Source: Gaiellales bacterium (GTDB lineage Bacteria; Actinomycetota; Thermoleophilia; Gaiellales; JAICJC01). Taken from it: a stretch of DNA of 64,000 nt. Location: NCBI GenBank assembly GCA_036403155.1, contig DASWRM010000045.1:44062-108061 (forward strand), in the 5' to 3' direction. Both the position numbers and the translations under genes were made by a program. The notes beneath the pieces were generated by a model, which saw only the letters and a program-made list of their open reading frames with translations, was not told the origin of the DNA and searched no databases. This document shows, in pieces, positions 55,972-64,000 of this stretch. Positions within the stretch are counted from its first letter, which is position 1, and each line of letters opens with the position of its first letter.

Positions 55972-56976
55972 ATGGCTCCAGCCAACCGACTCCAGGTCCT
56001 GTTCGACCTCTCGGCGGCCATGTCCTCGACGCTCGAGCTCGAGGAGGTGCTCGCCCTGTTCACGCGCGACGCCGCGGAGCTCACGGGCGCCACGTCCGCG
56101 GAGCTGTCGCTGCTCTCGGCCGACGGGGAGACGGTGATCATGCTGACGGACTGGTCGGGCAACTGGGCGGCAACGGTCGGGGAGCACTACAGCGAGGCCG
56201 GGGAGACGTACTCCGTGCACCGGTTCGAGACGATCAGGCGCGTGCTCGAGTCGGGCCGTCCCGAGCAGGTTCGGGTCTCGGATGCGGACGGTGAGGCGGA
56301 GCTGCGCGATTCGATCGAGCGCTATGGGATCCGGAGCTCGCTGATGCTGCCGCTCGTCTCGCGCGGCGAGACGCTCGGCCTGGTCGAGGTGACCGACAGC
56401 CACGACCGCGCCTGGGACGATTTCGACGTCGAGTTCTGCTTGGCGCTCTGCAACGTCGTCGCACCCGCGATCCGAAACGCGCTGCTCTACCGCGAGATGC
56501 GGGAGGCCGCACTGCGCGACGAGCTGACCGGCCTCGGCAACCGTCGCGCCTTCAACGAGCGCCTGGCCGCCGAACGGGAGGCGCAGGGCGATCTCACGCG
56601 CGTCGCCCTCGTCCTGCTCGACCTGGACGGGCTGAAGGCCATCAACGACCGCGGGGGCCACGCCGCGGGCGACCAGGCACTGCGGACGGCCGCGGACGCC
56701 ATACGCGCGGCGATCCGCGACGGCGACACCGCATACCGGCTGGGCGGCGACGAGCTGGCGGTGGTGCTGGACGGCGTCGACGCGACCGCCGCGATGACGG
56801 TGGCCGGGCGCATCCGCAGCACGCTTGCGCAGATGAGTGGCGGCGCGCTCTCTCTGTCGGCCGGCGTGGCCGTCGGCACCGCGGTCGCGGAGCCGGATCT
56901 GCTGTATCGCCATGCCGACCGCGCCCAGTATCGCGCCAAGGGGTCGGGCGGCGGACGGGTGGAGCTCGCAGCCTGA
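55972..56976 (+). CDS. GAF-domain diguanylate cyclase-like protein (GGDEL variant)
   Basis: N-terminal GAF-like domain. The GGDEF domain has DELTGLGNRRAF, an RDGD I-site, and an active-site motif that reads RLGGDEL. Confidence 0.8.
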   Translation: MAPANRLQVLFDLSAAMSSTLELEEVLALFTRDAAELTGATSAELSLLSADGETVIMLTDWSGNWAATVGEHYSEAGETYSVHRFETIRRVLESGRPEQVRVSDADGEAELRDSIERYGIRSSLMLPLVSRGETLGLVEVTDSHDRAWDDFDVEFCLALCNVVAPAIRNALLYREMREAALRDELTGLGNRRAFNERLAAEREAQGDLTRVALVLLDLDGLKAINDRGGHAAGDQALRTAADAIRAAIRDGDTAYRLGGDELAVVLDGVDATAAMTVAGRIRSTLAQMSGGALSLSAGVAVGTAVAEPDLLYRHADRAQYRAKGSGGGRVELAA

Positions 56977-57037
56977 CGGGATGACCGGCCGCGTGGCTCC
57001 GGTCACGCGGCTTGCGGGGTACACTGCCGCCTCAGGA

Positions 57038-58105
57038 ATGCCTGAGGAGACCGCGCTCCGCCGGACGCCGCTGTACGACCGCCATGTGGCGGCCGGAGCG
57101 CGAATCGTTCCGTTTGCCGGCTGGGAGATGCCGGTGCAGTACCAGGGCATCATCCCGGAGCACCTGGCGGTGCGGACGGCGGCCGGTGTGTTCGACGTCT
57201 CGCACATGGGACAGCTCGAGCTCCGGGGGCCTGACGCACTCGCCTTCGCCCAGCGGATGCTCTCGAACGACCTGGGGCGGATCGGGGCCGGCCACGCGCA
57301 GTACACGCTGCTGCTCGACGACGGCGGCTGCCCGATAGATGACCTGATCGCGTACCGGTTCGCCGACGACCGTGTGCTGCTCGTCGTGAACGCGTCGCGC
57401 GTCGATGACGACCGCGACTGGCTCGCGGGGCGGCTCGCCGGCGAGGTCTCGCTCGACGACCGGTCGGACGACCTGGCGATGCTCGCGCTCCAGGGACCCG
57501 AGTCCCTGACCCTCGTCGACCTGCCCGAGCTGGCGCCCTTCGCGTTTGCGGAAGCCGAGGTCTGCGGCGTCCGCGCGGTCGTCGCCCGCACCGGGTACAC
57601 CGGCGAGCCGGGCGTCGAGCTGATGGCCGCCGCAGAGGACGCCGACAGGCTGTGGGACTGCATCGTCGGAGCGGGAGCAGTCCCGTGCGGGCTGGGCGCG
57701 CGCGACACGCTCCGGCTCGAGGTGTGCTATCCGCTCTACGGCAACGACCTCGACCTCGACCACACCGCGCTCGAGGCCGGACTGGGCTGGGTCTGCGCGC
57801 TGGACGACAAGGACTTCACGGGGGCCGACGCGTTGCGTGCGCAGAAGCGCGACGGGATCGCCCGGAAGCTGGCCGCGTTCCGCATGCTCGAGCGCGGCAT
57901 ACCGCGTCAGGGCATGGAGATCTCACCGGACGGCACGGTCACGAGCGGCACGATGTCGCCGTCGCTGGGTATCGGGATCGGCATGGGGTACCTCCCTGCC
58001 GACGACGCGGCCCCGGGAACGCGCATCGGGATCGACGTGCGCGGACGCACGCTCGCCGCCGAGATCGCCGCAAAGCCCCTGTACGCGAAGGAGACGAACG
58101 CATGA
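57038..58105 (+). CDS. gcvT: glycine cleavage system aminomethyltransferase (T protein)
   Basis: TPLYDRHVAAGARIVPFAGWEMPVQY, FDVSHMG, and ARTGYTGEPG. Confidence 0.9.
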   Translation: MPEETALRRTPLYDRHVAAGARIVPFAGWEMPVQYQGIIPEHLAVRTAAGVFDVSHMGQLELRGPDALAFAQRMLSNDLGRIGAGHAQYTLLLDDGGCPIDDLIAYRFADDRVLLVVNASRVDDDRDWLAGRLAGEVSLDDRSDDLAMLALQGPESLTLVDLPELAPFAFAEAEVCGVRAVVARTGYTGEPGVELMAAAEDADRLWDCIVGAGAVPCGLGARDTLRLEVCYPLYGNDLDLDHTALEAGLGWVCALDDKDFTGADALRAQKRDGIARKLAAFRMLERGIPRQGMEISPDGTVTSGTMSPSLGIGIGMGYLPADDAAPGTRIGIDVRGRTLAAEIAAKPLYAKETNA

Positions 58106-58494
58106 GCGAAGCCAGCTACCCGGACGGGCTCTACTACAACGAGGAGCACGACTGGGCGCGGGTGGACGGCGACACGGCCACCCTCGGGATCACGTGGTAC
58201 GCGCAGGACAGCCTCGGCGAGGTCGTGTACTTCTCGCCCTCTGCGGTCGGGACGACCATCAGCAAGGGCGGCGAGTACGGCGAGCTCGAGTCGACGAAGG
58301 CGGTGTCCCAGCTGATCGCGCCGGTGTCCGGCGAGGTGACCGAGACGAATGACGCCCTCGAGGGAAGCGAGAGCACGGTCAACGACGATCCCTACGGCGA
58401 TGGATGGCTCGTCCGCCTGCGGATGTCGGATCCGTCGGAGCTGGACGCGTTGATGGACGCCGCAGCGTACCGTCAGTACGTGGACTCGCTGTGA
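58102..58494 (+). CDS. gcvH: glycine cleavage system H protein
   Basis: ATGA overlap with gcvT. The lipoyl-lysine context is GELESTKAVSQLIAPVSGEV. Confidence 0.9.
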   Translation: MSEASYPDGLYYNEEHDWARVDGDTATLGITWYAQDSLGEVVYFSPSAVGTTISKGGEYGELESTKAVSQLIAPVSGEVTETNDALEGSESTVNDDPYGDGWLVRLRMSDPSELDALMDAAAYRQYVDSL

Positions 58495-59831
58495 GCTTCA
58501 CCTCGCTGACCGACGCCGACCGGGCCGCGATGCTGGCGGCGATCGGCGTCGAGTCGGTCGAGCAGCTGTTCGACGACATCCCGGCGAACGTCCGGCTCGG
58601 CCGGCCGCTCGACGTGGGGCCTGCCCTGTCGGAGTCGGAGCTGTTCGACCACATGTCGGGCCTGGCTGCGCGCAACGTCGACGTGAACCGTGAGCTGTCG
58701 TTCCTGGGCGCCGGCATGTACGACCACTACGTCCCGGCCGTGGTGGACGCGGTGCTGCAGCGCGGCGAGTTCCTGACCGCCTACACGCCGTACCAGCCGG
58801 AGATGAGCCAGGGCGTGCTGCAGGCGATCTTCGAGTACCAGACCGCGATCTGCGAGCTGACCGGCATGGATCTGACCAACGCTTCCGGGTACGACGGGAC
58901 GACCGTCGCGGCGGACGCCTGCTACGTCGCGAAGCTCGCGACCGGCCGCACGAAGGTCGTGCTGGCCGAGACGCTGAACCCCCAGGTGCGGCAGGTGGTG
59001 CGCACGTTCGCGCCCGGTTTCGGCATGGAGGTGGTGGAGGTCGGCCATCACGACGGCGCGACCGACCCCGACGAGCTGCGCGCGGCCGCCGACGGCGCCG
59101 CGCTGGCGATCTTCCAGCAGCCGAACTTCCTCGGAGTGCTGGAGGATGCCCCGGCATTGGCCGAGGCCGCGAACGCCGGCGGCGCGCTGCCCGTCGCGCA
59201 CGTCGATCCCATGTCGCTCGGGATTCTCGAGGCGCCGGGGCGGTACGGCTGCGCGCTTGCGATAGGCGAGGGGCAGCCGGCCGGCAACTACCTGTCCTAC
59301 GGCGGGCCGCACTACGGGTTCCTCGCCGCGCGGCAGGACTACGCCCGGCAGCTGCCCGGCCGCATCGTCGGCGAGACGTCCGACATGCAGGGCCGTCGCG
59401 GATACGTCCTCACGCTGCAGACGCGCGAGCAGCACATCCGCCGGGAGAAGGCCACGTCGAACATCACGTCGAACCAGACGCTGCTGGCGCTGGCGGGACT
59501 CGTGTATCTGGCCTGGGTGGGGCCGGCCGGCCTGCGTGAGGTGGGCGAGCGGTCACATGCGCTTGCGGAGCACGCAAAACGGCGGCTCGGGCTCCCGGTC
59601 GCCTTCGACCGGCCGACGTTCCGCGAGTTCGTCGTCCGCACGGGCCGCCCGGCGCGCGAGGTGATCGCCGAGTGCAAGCGGCGCGGCGTGCATCCCGGCT
59701 ACGCCGTCGGGCGCGACTACCCGGGCCTCGACGACGCGCTGATGATGGCGTTCACCGAGCGGCGAACGCCCGAGGAGATCGAGCGGTTGGCGGAAGCGCT
59801 GGCGGCGGTCGGCGTGCAGGTGGCGGCATGA
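58491..59831 (+). CDS. gcvPA: glycine dehydrogenase (decarboxylating) subunit 1
   Basis: GTGA overlap with gcvH. FLGAGMYDHYVP, TAYTPYQPEMSQG, and REQHIRREKATSNI. Confidence 0.9.
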   Translation: MSFTSLTDADRAAMLAAIGVESVEQLFDDIPANVRLGRPLDVGPALSESELFDHMSGLAARNVDVNRELSFLGAGMYDHYVPAVVDAVLQRGEFLTAYTPYQPEMSQGVLQAIFEYQTAICELTGMDLTNASGYDGTTVAADACYVAKLATGRTKVVLAETLNPQVRQVVRTFAPGFGMEVVEVGHHDGATDPDELRAAADGAALAIFQQPNFLGVLEDAPALAEAANAGGALPVAHVDPMSLGILEAPGRYGCALAIGEGQPAGNYLSYGGPHYGFLAARQDYARQLPGRIVGETSDMQGRRGYVLTLQTREQHIRREKATSNITSNQTLLALAGLVYLAWVGPAGLREVGERSHALAEHAKRRLGLPVAFDRPTFREFVVRTGRPAREVIAECKRRGVHPGYAVGRDYPGLDDALMMAFTERRTPEEIERLAEALAAVGVQVAA

Positions 59832-61273
59832 AGCTGATCTACGAGAAGTCGCAGGCCGGCCGGCGCGCCTCGTCGATCCCCGATCCAGGCCTCGAGAACG
59901 GCACGGCGATCCCCGAGGGCCTCCGGCGCAGCGTGCCGCCGCGCCTGCCCGAGGTGGCTGAGCCCGAGCTGCTCCGGCACTTCACCGAGCTCTCCACCCG
60001 CAACTTCGGCATCGATACCGGGTTCTACCCGCTGGGCTCGTGCACCATGAAGTACAACCCGCGCGTCAACGAGCGCCTGGTCGGTCTGCCCGGGTTCCGC
60101 GACCTCCACCCCTACCAGGACGACGAGGACGCGCAGGGCGCCCTGGAGCTGATGTGGCGGCTGCAGGGGATCCTCGCCGAGATCGTCGGCCTCGATGACG
60201 TGACGCTGCAGCCGGCCGCCGGGTCGCAGGGCGAGCTGACGGGGCTGACGCTGATCAGCGCGTACTTCAAGGATCGAGGCGAGTACGAGCAGCGGCGTGA
60301 GATCGTCATCCCCGACACCGCGCACGGAACCAACCCCGCCAGCGTCACGATGGCCGGCTACACGGTCCGCAAGGTGAACGTCGACGAGCGGGGCAACATC
60401 GACGTCGACGACCTGCGGGCGAAGGTCGGCCCGCAGACCGCCGGTCTCATGTTGACCAACCCGTCAACGCTCGGCCTGTTCGAGGAGCGGATCGAGGAGG
60501 TGGCGTCGATCTTCCATGACGCCGGCGCGCTGCTCTACTACGACGGCGCAAACCTGAACGCCGTCTGCGGAATCTCGCGCCCCGGCGACATGGGGTTCGA
60601 CGTGCTGCACTTCAACCTCCACAAGACGTTCTCGCAGCCGCATGGAGGCGGCGGGCCGGGGGCCGGCTCGGTGGCTGTCCGCGACATCCTCGAGCCGTAT
60701 CTGCCCGCCCCGATCGTTGTCCGCGAGGGCGACAGCTACCGGCTGGACCACGACCGCCCGAAGTCGATCGGACGCGTGCGCGGGTTCGGCGGGCCGTTCG
60801 GCGTGTTCGTGCGGGCGTACGCGTTCATCCGGATGTGGGGCCCGGGCCTCCGCGACATGTCCGAGACCGCGGTGCTGAATGCCAACTACATGCTCGCCAG
60901 GCTGCGCGACCACTACGAGCTGCCCTATGACCGGCACTGCATGCACGAGTTCGTCGTGTCTGCCCGGGGTCTCAAGCGTGAGCACGGCGCGACGGCGCTC
61001 GACGTCGCGAAGCGCCTGATGGACTACGGGTTCCATCCGCCGACTGTCTACTTCCCGCTGGTGGTGCCCGAGGCGCTGATGATCGAGCCGACCGAGACCG
61101 AAGCTCGGGAGACGCTCGACGCGTTCTGCGACGCGATGGTCGAGATCGTCAGGGAGGCCGAGCGCGAACCGGACCTGCTCAAGCAGGCGCCGCACAGCCG
61201 GCCGGTCTCGCGCCTCGACGAGGCGGGTGCCGCCAAGCGCATGGTGCTGCGCCACCACGGCGGCGACGACTAG
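59828..61273 (+). CDS. gcvPB: glycine dehydrogenase (decarboxylating) subunit 2
   Basis: ATGA overlap with gcvPA. LGSCTMKYNP, and the PLP lysine in HFNLHKTFSQPHGGGGPG. Confidence 0.9.
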   Translation: MKLIYEKSQAGRRASSIPDPGLENGTAIPEGLRRSVPPRLPEVAEPELLRHFTELSTRNFGIDTGFYPLGSCTMKYNPRVNERLVGLPGFRDLHPYQDDEDAQGALELMWRLQGILAEIVGLDDVTLQPAAGSQGELTGLTLISAYFKDRGEYEQRREIVIPDTAHGTNPASVTMAGYTVRKVNVDERGNIDVDDLRAKVGPQTAGLMLTNPSTLGLFEERIEEVASIFHDAGALLYYDGANLNAVCGISRPGDMGFDVLHFNLHKTFSQPHGGGGPGAGSVAVRDILEPYLPAPIVVREGDSYRLDHDRPKSIGRVRGFGGPFGVFVRAYAFIRMWGPGLRDMSETAVLNANYMLARLRDHYELPYDRHCMHEFVVSARGLKREHGATALDVAKRLMDYGFHPPTVYFPLVVPEALMIEPTETEARETLDAFCDAMVEIVREAEREPDLLKQAPHSRPVSRLDEAGAAKRMVLRHHGGDD

Positions 61274-61310
61274 CTGCCCGCGCAGCACGATCCATACACT
61301 TCGCGGCGTA

Positions 61311-62900
61311 ATGCTCTCGGATCAGGACCTGCTCGTCGTCCTCGGCCTGCTCCTCGCCTTCACGGCGCTGCTTGCCACAGCGCCCAGGCTGCGCATCCCC
61401 TACCCGATCCTGCTCGTGCTCGGCGGCCTGGCGCTCGGCCTGGTGCCCGGCGTGCCGACGATCCAGGTGCCGCCCGAGCTGGTGCTGGTGGGCGTGCTTC
61501 CGCCGCTGCTCTACTCGGCCGCGTTCTTCACGTCGCTGCGCGACCTGCGGGCCAATCGCCGCCCGATCGGCCTGCTCTCGATCGGGCTGGTCGCGGTCAC
61601 CACCGTCGGCGTGGCGGTCGTCGCGCACGCGCTGATCGACGACCTCACCTGGGCGGGCGCCTTCGTGCTCGGGGCGGTCGTCTCACCCACGGATCCGGTC
61701 GCCGCCACGTCGCTCGCCCGGCGCCTGGGCATCCCCCGACGGATCGTCGCAATCACGGAGGGCGAGAGCCTCGTCAACGACGGATCCGCGCTCGTCATCT
61801 ACAAGTTCGCGGTGGCGGCCGTCGTGACCGGGTCGTTCAGCGCGGTGGACGCGGGCCTGTCGTTCGTCTGGACCGTGCTGGGGGGCGTGGGCATCGGCCT
61901 GGCGCTCGGCTGGGTGATCCGGCAGGTGCGGCGGCGGCTCGACAACCCACCGGTCGAGATCACGATCGCCCTGATGACGGGCTATTTCACGTTCATCCCG
62001 GCCAACCTCGCCGGCGCGTCGGGCGTGCTGGCCGTGGTCACGGCGGGTGTCTACGTCGGCTGGTACACGCCCGAGCTGACGACCGTCGAGACGCGCCTGC
62101 AGGGCGACGCCTTCTGGGAGATCCTCACGTTCCTGCTGAACGGCCTGCTGTTCGTGCTGGTCGGCCTCAGCCTGCCCGCGGTGCTCGATGCGCTCGGCGG
62201 GCATGTCACCTGGACGCTGTTCTGGCAGACGGCGGCGATCGTCGCCACCGTGATCGTCAGCCGGATGTTCTGGGTCTTCCCGGCGACCTACGTCGTTCGG
62301 TGGGCATTCCCGCGCATCCGCGCGAGCGATCCGTATCCACCCTGGCAGAACACGACGCTGATCGGCTGGATCGGCATGCGCGGTGCCGTGTCGCTGGCTG
62401 CAGCGCTGGCGATTCCGATCCACACCGACGCGGGCGCGCCGTTCCCCGGCCGCGAGATCATCATCTTCCTCACGTTCTCCGTGATCCTCGGCACGCTGGT
62501 GCTGCAGGGGCTGAGCATGCCGCTGGCCGTCAGGATGCTGGGCCTCGAGGACGACGGCGCGGCCGAGCGCGAGGAGGTGAAGGCTCGCATCCACGCGGCG
62601 GAGGCCGCCCTTGCGCGAATCGACGAGCTGATCGAGCAGGACTGGGTGCGGAACGAGTCCGCGGAACGCCTGCGCGGGCTGTACAGCTTCCGGCGATCGC
62701 GGTTCGCCGAGCGGTACACCGGCGAAGGGGACGGCGCGATCGAGGAGCAGTCGGCGTCCTACCAGCAGCTGATGCACGAGCTGCTCGCGGCCGAGCGCCA
62801 GGCCGTCGTCGAACTGCGCCGCGCGGGGGTGATCGGCGACGACGCCATGCGGGTCGTCAGCCGGGAGCTCGACCTGGAGGAGGCCCGCCTCGACCTGTGA
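61311..62900 (+). CDS. CPA1-family Na+(K+)/H+ antiporter (NhaP type) with a cytoplasmic C-terminal domain
   Basis: About 11 TM segments with SPTDPVAA and ITEGESLVNDGSALV motifs, and a helical soluble tail. Confidence 0.85.
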   Translation: MLSDQDLLVVLGLLLAFTALLATAPRLRIPYPILLVLGGLALGLVPGVPTIQVPPELVLVGVLPPLLYSAAFFTSLRDLRANRRPIGLLSIGLVAVTTVGVAVVAHALIDDLTWAGAFVLGAVVSPTDPVAATSLARRLGIPRRIVAITEGESLVNDGSALVIYKFAVAAVVTGSFSAVDAGLSFVWTVLGGVGIGLALGWVIRQVRRRLDNPPVEITIALMTGYFTFIPANLAGASGVLAVVTAGVYVGWYTPELTTVETRLQGDAFWEILTFLLNGLLFVLVGLSLPAVLDALGGHVTWTLFWQTAAIVATVIVSRMFWVFPATYVVRWAFPRIRASDPYPPWQNTTLIGWIGMRGAVSLAAALAIPIHTDAGAPFPGREIIIFLTFSVILGTLVLQGLSMPLAVRMLGLEDDGAAEREEVKARIHAAEAALARIDELIEQDWVRNESAERLRGLYSFRRSRFAERYTGEGDGAIEEQSASYQQLMHELLAAERQAVVELRRAGVIGDDAMRVVSRELDLEEARLDL

Positions 62901-62948
62901 GCCGCTGCGCCGGGCGCCTCGGAGAACGCCGCGGGTAGACTGGGAGCG

Positions 62949-63353
62949 ATGGGCGTGATGCGACACCGGCTGCCGATGGCCGAGCAGCGAGACCAGGTCG
63001 AGTGCCGGCGCTGCGGCGTCGTCTGCCAGAAGGTGATTCACCCGCAGCGGTGCCTGGAGCAGTCGTGTCCCTTCATGTACGCGTACGACGCGTTCGGCCG
63101 CCGGTATGCGGGCTGCACGCAGGGGGTGTTCGCGGTTGCGATCGATGTCGAGCACCTCGAGCGTGCCAGGCGGCGGCGCAACGGCTTCGGGCCGATCCGC
63201 GCCGTGCGCGAGCCGCTCGCGATCTGCCCGGCCGAGGTCGAGCGCGCCTACGAGCATCGCGAGGAGCCGCTCGGATGCATCAACCCCGAGTTCGACGAGC
63301 TCCCCGACCGGCCGTCGTTCCGCGTCATCGAGACGGGTCGGCCGCCCGAGTGA
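62949..63353 (+). CDS. Cys-rich hypothetical protein
   Basis: GGGAG RBS. VECRRCGVVCQKVIHPQRCLEQSCPF suggests a metal-binding cluster. I recognise no family. Confidence 0.4.
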   Translation: MGVMRHRLPMAEQRDQVECRRCGVVCQKVIHPQRCLEQSCPFMYAYDAFGRRYAGCTQGVFAVAIDVEHLERARRRRNGFGPIRAVREPLAICPAEVERAYEHREEPLGCINPEFDELPDRPSFRVIETGRPPE

Positions 63354-64000
63354 GGCCCGTACGGCTGGTGGTGCGGGCGCTGGCCGTGGCCGCGCTCGCG
63401 GTCGGCGGCCTGATCGCGATGGGCGCGGGCACAGCCGGCAGCGACGGTGTCGTGCAGGCGACGGCCGGCACGGAGCCGGCGAGCCGCCCATCCGCCCAGC
63501 CGGCGTGGTCGCTGCCCAGTCCGCGGCCGGCGGGGGCATACCTGATCGGCCGCGTCACGGGACCGCTGCGGACGACCGCCGGCGTGGTCATGCCACACAC
63601 CGCCCTCGGCAACGAGACCTGGCTGCTGATCGTTCGCCACGACGGCACCCACGGCACCGCGCTCGTGCCGACCGGCGGACAGCCGGTGCGGGCCAGGGTC
63701 GACCTGACCCGCCTGCGGCTGAGGTGGACGCCGATCGAGGTCGACGTCGATCTCGGCACGCTGCGGCTGCGGGTGCTGAGCGGCCGCCGCGTCCTCGGCG
63801 CATTTCCGCTCGCGGCCGGGATGCCGGCCACGCCGACTCCGACCGGGCGCTTCTCGGTCACCGACCGCGTTCGGTTCCCGTCGGGAAGCAGCTACGGAAC
63901 CTTCGCGCTGGGCCTCTCCGCACACCAGGCGCACGTGCTGCCCGCCTGGCCGGGTGGCGACCAGATCGCGATCCACGGCACGCCGCATCCCGAGTCGATC
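63350..64000 (+). CDS. L,D-transpeptidase (YkuD domain) protein; the 3' end lies outside the window
   Basis: My own translation from the GTG at 63350 (GTGA overlap with the upstream gene). It gives a signal/TM segment (LVVRALAVAALAVGGLIAMGAG), then the start of YkuD (LRLRVLSGRRVLGAFPLAAGMPATPTPTGRFSVTDRV...IAIHGT). The frame stays open to the window edge. Confidence 0.65.
   Translation, partial: MRPVRLVVRALAVAALAVGGLIAMGAGTAGSDGVVQATAGTEPASRPSAQPAWSLPSPRPAGAYLIGRVTGPLRTTAGVVMPHTALGNETWLLIVRHDGTHGTALVPTGGQPVRARVDLTRLRLRWTPIEVDVDLGTLRLRVLSGRRVLGAFPLAAGMPATPTPTGRFSVTDRVRFPSGSSYGTFALGLSAHQAHVLPAWPGGDQIAIHGTPHPESI

Noticed and set aside
56977-57037. Glycine riboswitch upstream of gcvT.
   Set aside because: The gap is only 61 nt, too short for even one aptamer, and the conserved glycine-aptamer core sequences are not visible. 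It contains only a GACCGG..CCGGTC hairpin.

Overview
The window is a very GC-rich (about 70%), densely coding chromosomal segment that looks like Actinomycetota. That placement is an inference from gene content: a dcw cluster without ftsA, a PafBC-type regulator, dodecin, and many 4-nt start/stop overlaps. I saw no rRNA, tRNA, CRISPR array, transposase or integrase. Gene content from left to right:

- **1-18.6 kb, mixed housekeeping and accessory genes:** bioY, queG, a fused PafBC-like WYL regulator divergent from dinB, an HDAC-type deacetylase, an aldehyde dehydrogenase with a ThDP enzyme, several secreted proteins of unknown function, an orphan Flp prepilin, dodecin, a 2-hydroxyacid dehydrogenase with RidA, and FHA and DUF192 proteins.
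- **18.8-25.7 kb, two-component system plus Tad operon:** an OmpR-type response regulator and histidine kinase are chained by overlapping start/stop codons to an unknown Zn-ribbon protein and a Tad/Flp pilus set (cpaB, cpaE/tadZ, cpaF/tadA, tadB, tadC and an odd Flp-like ORF).
- **25.7-32.1 kb:** MaoC and FabG, a multi-PAS GGDEF gene with a broken reading frame, a tandem AT-rich terminator-like repeat, and two paralogous APH-like kinases flanking a methyltransferase.
- **32.3-37.4 kb:** an aldehyde dehydrogenase, then an NrtR-pncB-(pncA::nadE fusion) NAD salvage operon.
- **37.5-55.9 kb:** a principal-type sigma factor, an NlpC/P60 hydrolase, and a complete dcw cluster (mraZ-rsmH-ftsL-ftsI-murE-murF-mraY-murD-ftsW-murG-murC-murB-[opposite-strand lipoprotein]-ftsQ-ftsZ).
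- **56-64 kb:** a GAF-GGDEF protein, gcvT-gcvH-gcvPA-gcvPB, a CPA1 antiporter, a Cys-rich protein and a partial L,D-transpeptidase.

The observations most worth a second look:

- the two-component/unknown/Tad operon, which has no prepilin peptidase and has anomalous pilin genes;
- the nicotinamidase-NAD synthetase fusion;
- the 57-nt tandem repeat, whose spacer looks like a deleted copy of the neighbouring gene's 3' end;
- the 10-bp-phased GTGGG operator array at the mraZ promoter;
- the frameshifted PAS-GGDEF gene;
- the fused PafBC regulator next to a probably leaderless dinB.

All functional calls come from motif recognition in the supplied translations. No database search was run.
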